NCBI GenBank assembly: GCA_963815215.1
Contig: CAWFFU010000011.1
Span: forward strand, 576,001-640,000
Direction: 5' to 3'
Length of the DNA stretch: 64,000 bases
Origin: an uncultured Trueperaceae bacterium
GTDB lineage: Bacteria; Deinococcota; Deinococci; Deinococcales; Trueperaceae
The notes under the pieces are model-generated. The model saw only the letters and a program-made list of their open reading frames with translations, ran no database searches and had not been told where the DNA came from. Below are positions 58,764 through 64,000 of this stretch, piece after piece. The position numbers were made by a program, and so were the translations under genes. Each line of letters starts with the position of its first letter. Position 1 is the stretch's first letter.

Positions 58764-61052
58764 TTGAGCAACGTCGGGCCGCGCCCGCCGGCCGCGATCC
58801 TCGGCCTGCCGCGAATGCGCGCCGCGGTCTCGCTGCTGGCGGGCGCAGGGCTGCTGCTGGAGATCGCGCTCACGCGCATGCTGTCGCTGCTCTACTTCAG
58901 CCCGTTCGTCTACGTGCTGCTGGCGGTGGCGGTGCTCGGTTCGGGGTTGGGGGCCGCAGCCGCCACGCTCCTGCCACGGACGCGCCGGCGCTCCGGCGCA
59001 GCGCTGGCGGCGTTGGCCGGAGGCCTCGTCACCCCGCTGGTCGTGGTGCTGCTGCTCCAGGTCGCGACGACGCCCCTGCAGGGCCTGGCGCTGGCGCTGT
59101 GCGCCCTGCCGTTCGTCTTCCTGGGGCACGCGCTGGCGACCCTGTTCGCGTTGCGGAGCGCGGCTGCGCCGCGCCTGTACCTGAGCGACCTGGTGGGCGC
59201 CGGCGTCGGCGCACTCGCCTCCGTGGCGGGGCTCGACGCCCTCGGCGCCGTCGGCACGGTGCTGCTCGCCGGCCTGCTGGCGGCACTGGCGGGTTCGGTG
59301 CTGGCGCCGCGGCCGCTGCTCGGCGCGGCCTTGGTGGCGTCGGTCGCTTGCGGCGCGCTCCTGGCGGGGGAGCTCGCCAGCGGCTGGCCGCAGCCGCCGC
59401 TCGCCGCACTCGCCGCACCCAAGCCGCTGAGTCGCGAGCTGCGGAGCGGCGCGACACCGGTCGCACACGCCTGGGACGCGCTCGGGCGCAGCGACCTGGT
59501 GCGCCGACCCGACGGTAGCCTGTACCTCTATCTCGACGGAGGCGCCGGTTCGCTGGTGCCCGACACCTCCAGGCCGACCACCTACCTTCACGACGTCGGC
59601 GCCTACGCTTACGCCGTCCAGGAGCCGAAGAGCGTGTTCGTCGTCGGCCCGGGCGGGGGGCTCGACGTGGCGCTCGCCAAGGCCTTCAACGTCCCCTCGA
59701 TCACCGCCGTCGAGCTCAATGGCGCCGGCGTGCGGTTGGCCGAGCGCGCCTCGTCCTCCGGTCTGGTGGCGGGCGCCGCGGCCTACGCCGGTGTGGACCT
59801 CCACATCGACGAGGGCCGCAGCTTCCTGCGCCGCCGGGGCGGCCGGTACGACCTGATCCTGCTATCGCAGGTCGTCACCGACGCCGCCGAAGCGCGCTCG
59901 TACGCGCTGGTCGAGAACTCGGTGTACACGGTCGAGGCCTTCCGTGAGGACCTGGCCCACCTGACGTCCGGCGGCGCGCTGGCACTCAAGCTCTACGACG
60001 AGGTCACCCTGACGCGCGCGCTCACCACCGCCGTGACGGCACTCGCAGCGCGCGGCATGAGCCAGGCCGACGCCCTGCACCACACCCTGGCGGTGCTCGA
60101 CGCCCGTGGCAGCCGCCCGATCCCGCTACTCATGGTCTTCGACCATGCCCTCGGCCACGACGAGGCGCTCGCGTATGGGCGCCTGGCTCAGTCCGCGGGC
60201 CTACGGATCCTCTACCTGCCGGGCCTCGTGGAGAACCCGCCGCTCGATGCCCTCAGCGCAGGCCGCACCGATCTGGCCCACATCGAGGCGTCCAGCGGCG
60301 GCGTCGACATCGCTCCGACCTTCGATCGCCGCCCCTTCTTCTTCCAGTTCGAGCCCGGCCTGCCACGGCCGCTCGCGTCCCTGCTCTGGGGGCTGGCCGC
60401 GGTGGCGCTGGTCGGGGCGGGCCTCCTCGCGCTGCGTCAGCGGCGCCGGAGCGGGCCCGCCCGGCCTGCCCCGCTACTGTTCGCCTTCCTTGGGGCGGGC
60501 TTCATGCTGTTCGAAGTGGGCGCGCTGCAGCGCCTGCGGCTCTACCTCGGCCATCCCACCCTCACGCTGGCGGTGGGGCTGGCGGCCCTGCTGGTAGGCG
60601 CCGGGCTGGGCTCCGGCCTGGCCCCCCGCTTCGCCCGCAACGCGCGCCGGGAACCGGTCGCCATCGGCCTGGCCGCCGCCACGGTAGCGGGGGCGACCCT
60701 GGCCTGGAGCCTGCTCGTTCCGTTGTGGACGAACGCCACCCTGGCCTGGCCGACCGGCGCCCGAGCGACGCTGGCGGCGGCGTCGCTGCTGCTGGTCGCG
60801 CTCCCCATGGGCGTGCCGTTCCCGCTGGCGCTGCGGCTGGCGGGCCGGAGCGGTCCGGCCGAGGTCGCGTTGGGCTGGTCCGTCAACGGCGTGGCGGCCG
60901 TGGTGGGTAGTAGCGCAGCCACCGCCATCGCGGTGATGTGGGGCTTCCCCTACGTGCATGCGGCCGCCGCGGCGACCTACCTGCTGGCCGCGGGCGTGCC
61001 CCTCCTCATGGCGTCGAGCCGTCCGGCGTCGGCCGAAGCGCCACCACCGTAG
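58764..61052 (+). CDS. Membrane protein with a central spermidine-synthase-like / class I SAM-binding domain
   Basis: N- and C-terminal multi-TM blocks (LLEIALTR, YLSDLVGA; FEV..LQR..LYLGHP, GVPFP, WSVNG) around VVGPGGG.D, AVELN, DEGRSFL, YTVEAF, DRRPFF. Confidence 0.8.
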   Translation: MSNVGPRPPAAILGLPRMRAAVSLLAGAGLLLEIALTRMLSLLYFSPFVYVLLAVAVLGSGLGAAAATLLPRTRRRSGAALAALAGGLVTPLVVVLLLQVATTPLQGLALALCALPFVFLGHALATLFALRSAAAPRLYLSDLVGAGVGALASVAGLDALGAVGTVLLAGLLAALAGSVLAPRPLLGAALVASVACGALLAGELASGWPQPPLAALAAPKPLSRELRSGATPVAHAWDALGRSDLVRRPDGSLYLYLDGGAGSLVPDTSRPTTYLHDVGAYAYAVQEPKSVFVVGPGGGLDVALAKAFNVPSITAVELNGAGVRLAERASSSGLVAGAAAYAGVDLHIDEGRSFLRRRGGRYDLILLSQVVTDAAEARSYALVENSVYTVEAFREDLAHLTSGGALALKLYDEVTLTRALTTAVTALAARGMSQADALHHTLAVLDARGSRPIPLLMVFDHALGHDEALAYGRLAQSAGLRILYLPGLVENPPLDALSAGRTDLAHIEASSGGVDIAPTFDRRPFFFQFEPGLPRPLASLLWGLAAVALVGAGLLALRQRRRSGPARPAPLLFAFLGAGFMLFEVGALQRLRLYLGHPTLTLAVGLAALLVGAGLGSGLAPRFARNARREPVAIGLAAATVAGATLAWSLLVPLWTNATLAWPTGARATLAAASLLLVALPMGVPFPLALRLAGRSGPAEVALGWSVNGVAAVVGSSAATAIAVMWGFPYVHAAAAATYLLAAGVPLLMASSRPASAEAPPP

Positions 61053-62100
61053 AGGCCTCCGCGAGCGAGCGCTCGACCGCCAGGCACAGGGCCACCGCCA
61101 CCCGCCCGTCCGCCCCGTCGGCCGGGACGGGCGTGCCCTCGGTCACGGCGCGGAGGAACGCCACGGTCTGACGCGGAAGGTCGAAGGCGTGCCCGCTGCG
61201 TTGCGGCACCGCCGCGCTGCGGATACCATCGCCGTCCTGCACCCACAGCGCCACCGTCGGTTCCTCGTCGGCGTCCCGGCGGCCGTCCCAACGCCCCCGC
61301 AGGGAGCCGTCGGCGGCGTTGAGATCGCAGTGCACGTGGTGCTCGAAGCCTGCGATGCTGCGCGTCACCATCGCCCGCGCACCGCTCTCGAAGGCGAGTC
61401 GCACGTCGAGGTTCTCGTACAGCCCCTCGCGGCCCGGGCGGCTCGTGGCCCACGCCTGCAGCTCGGTCACCTCGCCGAGGTACCAGCGGGCCAGGTCCAG
61501 ATAGTGGATGGGCTCCTCCAGGATGCTGCTGCCGAGCTTGACGGGATCCTGCTTCCAGCCCGACGAACCGGAGCGGTGCGGACGCCGGAACAGCCGCAGG
61601 TCGAGGTGGGTCGGCGGGCCCAGCCGCTCGGCTTCCTCGCGCAGCACCTCCAGCCAGCGGAACACGCGCATCTCGTGGCCCACGGCCAGCACGCGATCCG
61701 CACGCCCCGCCGCCGCCAGCATGCGGTCGCAATCCTCGATCGTGGTGGCCATGGGTTTCTCGACCAGCACGTGCTTGCCGGCATCCAGAGCGGCCACGGC
61801 ATGCTCAGCATGGAGGTAGTTGGGGCTGGCCACGATGACCGCGTCCATCTCGAAGGCCAGGAACGCCTCGATGTCGGTCGTGGCCGGCGTCCCCCATGCG
61901 TCCTGCAAGCGTCGGGCGCTGGCCGTGGTACGCACCAGCACCCCGGCCAGCGGTGTGCCCGTGCTCTCCAGCGCGCTGCGGTGGGCCGCCGCCCAGCGCC
62001 CCCCACCGATGATCCCCACCCGCACCGGAAGCGCCACGCCACCGCGCCGGCTCACACCGTGCCGGCTCACACCGTGCCGGCTCACACCGCGCTCGTTCAC
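61006..62100 (-). CDS. Gfo/Idh/MocA family oxidoreductase
   Basis: VGIIGGG, VIVASPN, HVLVEKP, VGHEMR, EPIHYLD. Start ambiguous among GTGs from 62100 to 62037. Confidence 0.9.
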   Translation of the reverse strand: MNERGVSRHGVSRHGVSRRGGVALPVRVGIIGGGRWAAAHRSALESTGTPLAGVLVRTTASARRLQDAWGTPATTDIEAFLAFEMDAVIVASPNYLHAEHAVAALDAGKHVLVEKPMATTIEDCDRMLAAAGRADRVLAVGHEMRVFRWLEVLREEAERLGPPTHLDLRLFRRPHRSGSSGWKQDPVKLGSSILEEPIHYLDLARWYLGEVTELQAWATSRPGREGLYENLDVRLAFESGARAMVTRSIAGFEHHVHCDLNAADGSLRGRWDGRRDADEEPTVALWVQDGDGIRSAAVPQRSGHAFDLPRQTVAFLRAVTEGTPVPADGADGRVAVALCLAVERSLAEASTVVALRPTPDGSTP

Positions 62101-62165
62101 ACCGCGCCCTCTCCGCGCGGGGCCGGGTCGCCGCGGACCTCGGCGCGGACCTCGGCGCGGACCTC
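62041..62165. repeat. Tandem repeats at a gene junction (15-bp x ~4.5 and 12-bp x ~2.7)
   Basis: ACCGYGCCGGCTCAC units at 62041-62107; GCGGACCTCGGC units at 62133-62165. Confidence 0.9.
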
Positions 62166-63179
62166 TGTAGGGGCCACGTCGCGGTCCTCGGCGATGGAAA
62201 TCAACGCGGCCAGCGAGGTCCGCAGCGCGCCGATCCCGTCTTCGACCGTCGCCAGCGGAGCGTGTGGCAGACCCCGCAAGGCGCGGTGGAAGTGCCGGAT
62301 CTCCTCGTGCCAGGGATCGCCGGGCGGCGCCTCCCAGCGCACGGTCTCGTCGGAGCGCAGTAGGCTGACCTGCTGTGGCCACTCCACGGCGATCATGCCG
62401 TCCGGCCCCATGTAGGTGTGCCGCTCACTCGCCGGGACGCCGGCCGGCAGCCCCCACGACACCTGGATCTGCCCGAAGCCCCCACCCGGGTAGCGCAGCG
62501 TGATGTGGGCGCTGTCCACAGCCTTGTCACGGATTCCCGTCAGCTCCGGCTTGCCCTCGCCGAAGGTGTACCCGTAGGCACGCACGACACTCGGCGGCTC
62601 CCCGAAGAACGCCTCCCACTGGTCGAAGAGGTGGCAGCACATGTCGATGATGGGTCCGCCGTTGGCGGCGGCGTCGTGCATCAGCCGCTTGGGCCGGACG
62701 CCTGCTGCCAGCGTGGCCTGCGCCAGCACCGGACGGCCGACGGCCTCGCCGAAGGCCAGGATCTGGCCGGTGGCCGGATCGAAGCGGCGCATGAAACCGA
62801 TGCGCAGCAGCTTGCCGGAGGCCTCCGCCGCACGGCGCATGGCTTCCGCCTCGCTCAGCCGCAGGGCCACCGGTTTCTCGCACAGCACATGCTTCCCGGC
62901 CTCGAGCGCCGCCACCACGAAGCGCGCGTGGAGGAACGTGGGCGTGCACACCGAGGCAGCGTCGACGTCGGCGCGCTCCCAGGCCGGCGCGGGGTCGTCG
63001 AGCGCCAGCGCACCGAACTCGGCCGCCACCGCTCGCGCACGTGCCAGGTCGGGATCGGCCACGGCGACCACCTGCGCGCCGGCCTCCGTCCACCCACGGG
63101 CGTGGCGGGCACCCATGTCACCGGCGCCGACGACCACCACGCCGAGCCGTTCTTGGGACCCTCGCTCCGGGCGGCTCAT
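62097..63179 (-). CDS. Gfo/Idh/MocA family oxidoreductase
   Basis: VVGAGDMG, VCTPT, HVLCEKP, GFMRRFD, DMCCH. Confidence 0.92.
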   Translation of the reverse strand: MSRPERGSQERLGVVVVGAGDMGARHARGWTEAGAQVVAVADPDLARARAVAAEFGALALDDPAPAWERADVDAASVCTPTFLHARFVVAALEAGKHVLCEKPVALRLSEAEAMRRAAEASGKLLRIGFMRRFDPATGQILAFGEAVGRPVLAQATLAAGVRPKRLMHDAAANGGPIIDMCCHLFDQWEAFFGEPPSVVRAYGYTFGEGKPELTGIRDKAVDSAHITLRYPGGGFGQIQVSWGLPAGVPASERHTYMGPDGMIAVEWPQQVSLLRSDETVRWEAPPGDPWHEEIRHFHRALRGLPHAPLATVEDGIGALRTSLAALISIAEDRDVAPTEVRAEVRAEVRGDPAPRGEGAV

Positions 63180-64000
63180 GGCAGGTACCTCCGGTGCCAG
63201 CCCTCCCCGGCACCCTCCATCGCGGGCGCGCCGCGATAGCGGCGGTGGTCGTACCACGGCAACGCGGCATCGGCCCGAGCCGAGATGGCACGGAGGTACG
63301 GTAGTGCGCGCGCCCGCAGCCGCTGCTCGACCGCCGCCGCGTCAGGGTAGGCCTCGAGGGCCTCCAACCACACCGCGCGGCCGGCCAGGAAACCGCTCGC
63401 GCCGGCGTCGAACGCGAGTTCGAGGTCGGCTTCGAATTCGGCGCGCCCGACGCCCGCGCTCAGCAGCACCCAGGGCGCGGGGCAGGCATCATCGAGCTCC
63501 GCCAGGAAGCCGCGCACCTCATCCACGGAGTAGAGGGCGGGACGCTCGCGACCGTCGAAAGCGCCGCCGTGATAGCCGCGGCAGTGCTTGAGGTCGGCAG
63601 GGAACTCTAGCTTGAAGATGTCCACCCCGAAGCGCGGCTCGGCGAAGCGCCGAACGGACGCGAGGACGCGCTCGGGCCGGCGCGCCTGGTACTCCGGCGA
63701 GGTCGCGTCCTCGCCCTTCCCCGGGTAGACCAGCAGCTCCAGGATGAACGGGATGTCGCTCGCACGGCAGGCCTCGCCCACCTCCGCAACCAGCCGCTCC
63801 TGATGCGCGCGCGTCGCTTCCGAGGTGTCGGGACGATACCAGGCCAGCAGCTTGACGCCGGACGCCCCTGCGCGCTTGATGGCCGCGACGCTCCACCCCT
63901 CGATGAGCCTGGAGCGACGCTCGCCGTCGACCACCTCGAACCCGTAGTCCTCGAGCGTGCCGATCAGCGCCGTGCTGCCGGGAACGGCCGACAGCGCGGT
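63176..64000 (-). CDS. Class I aldolase, LacD (tagatose-1,6-bisphosphate aldolase)/YihT family; 5' end outside the window
   Basis: WSV..IKR.GA.GVKLL.WYRPD, PFILE, DIFKLEFP, PWVLLSAGV, GASGFLAGRAVW; frame open to the window end. Confidence 0.88.
   Translation of the reverse strand, partial: TALSAVPGSTALIGTLEDYGFEVVDGERRSRLIEGWSVAAIKRAGASGVKLLAWYRPDTSEATRAHQERLVAEVGEACRASDIPFILELLVYPGKGEDATSPEYQARRPERVLASVRRFAEPRFGVDIFKLEFPADLKHCRGYHGGAFDGRERPALYSVDEVRGFLAELDDACPAPWVLLSAGVGRAEFEADLELAFDAGASGFLAGRAVWLEALEAYPDAAAVEQRLRARALPYLRAISARADAALPWYDHRRYRGAPAMEGAGEGWHRRYLP

Noticed and set aside
62041..62165. Repeats as a possible CRISPR array
   Set aside because: Units are 12-15 bp and contiguous with no spacers; there are no cas genes.

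Overview
A very GC-rich bacterial chromosome segment. Solute-binding proteins with Sec-type '...A-x-A-Q' signal peptides instead of lipoboxes, plus the gene inventory, suggest a diderm, most plausibly Deinococcota (Truepera-like); this is inference. The window is densely coding (about 59 genes) and almost all nutrient uptake and catabolism. From left to right: (1) a myo-inositol operon (iolD-iolE-iolG-like) divergent from a LacI / GH38 alpha-mannosidase / sugar ABC / PHP metallohydrolase operon, with shared LacI-type palindromes between them; (2) a visibly less GC-skewed block (~13.1-29 kb) with a GH4, a peptide-type ABC system, a ROK-regulated sugar ABC / amidohydrolase / GH100-like operon, an M20 amidohydrolase, DUF2239, DUF1330 and an apparently 5'-truncated NHL-repeat gene; (3) a TetR / non-canonical KAS III / acyl-CoA ligase / two hydrolases / Liv-type ABC operon; (4) a peptide ABC, kbl-tdh, a CsbD-ElaB stress cluster and deoC-GNAT-ALDH16; (5) a dcyD/cuyA-like, racemase and SlcC-like dehydrogenase trio (candidate cysteate/sulfolactate catabolism), followed by Lrp, a peptide ABC and a membrane-embedded SAM-binding protein; (6) the end of a LacD-type aldolase operon with two Gfo/Idh/MocA genes. 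Two genes carry single-base losses in G-runs, probably sequencing errors. I saw no rRNA, tRNA, CRISPR array, transposase or phage genes. All family calls come from motif recognition by eye; no database searches were run.
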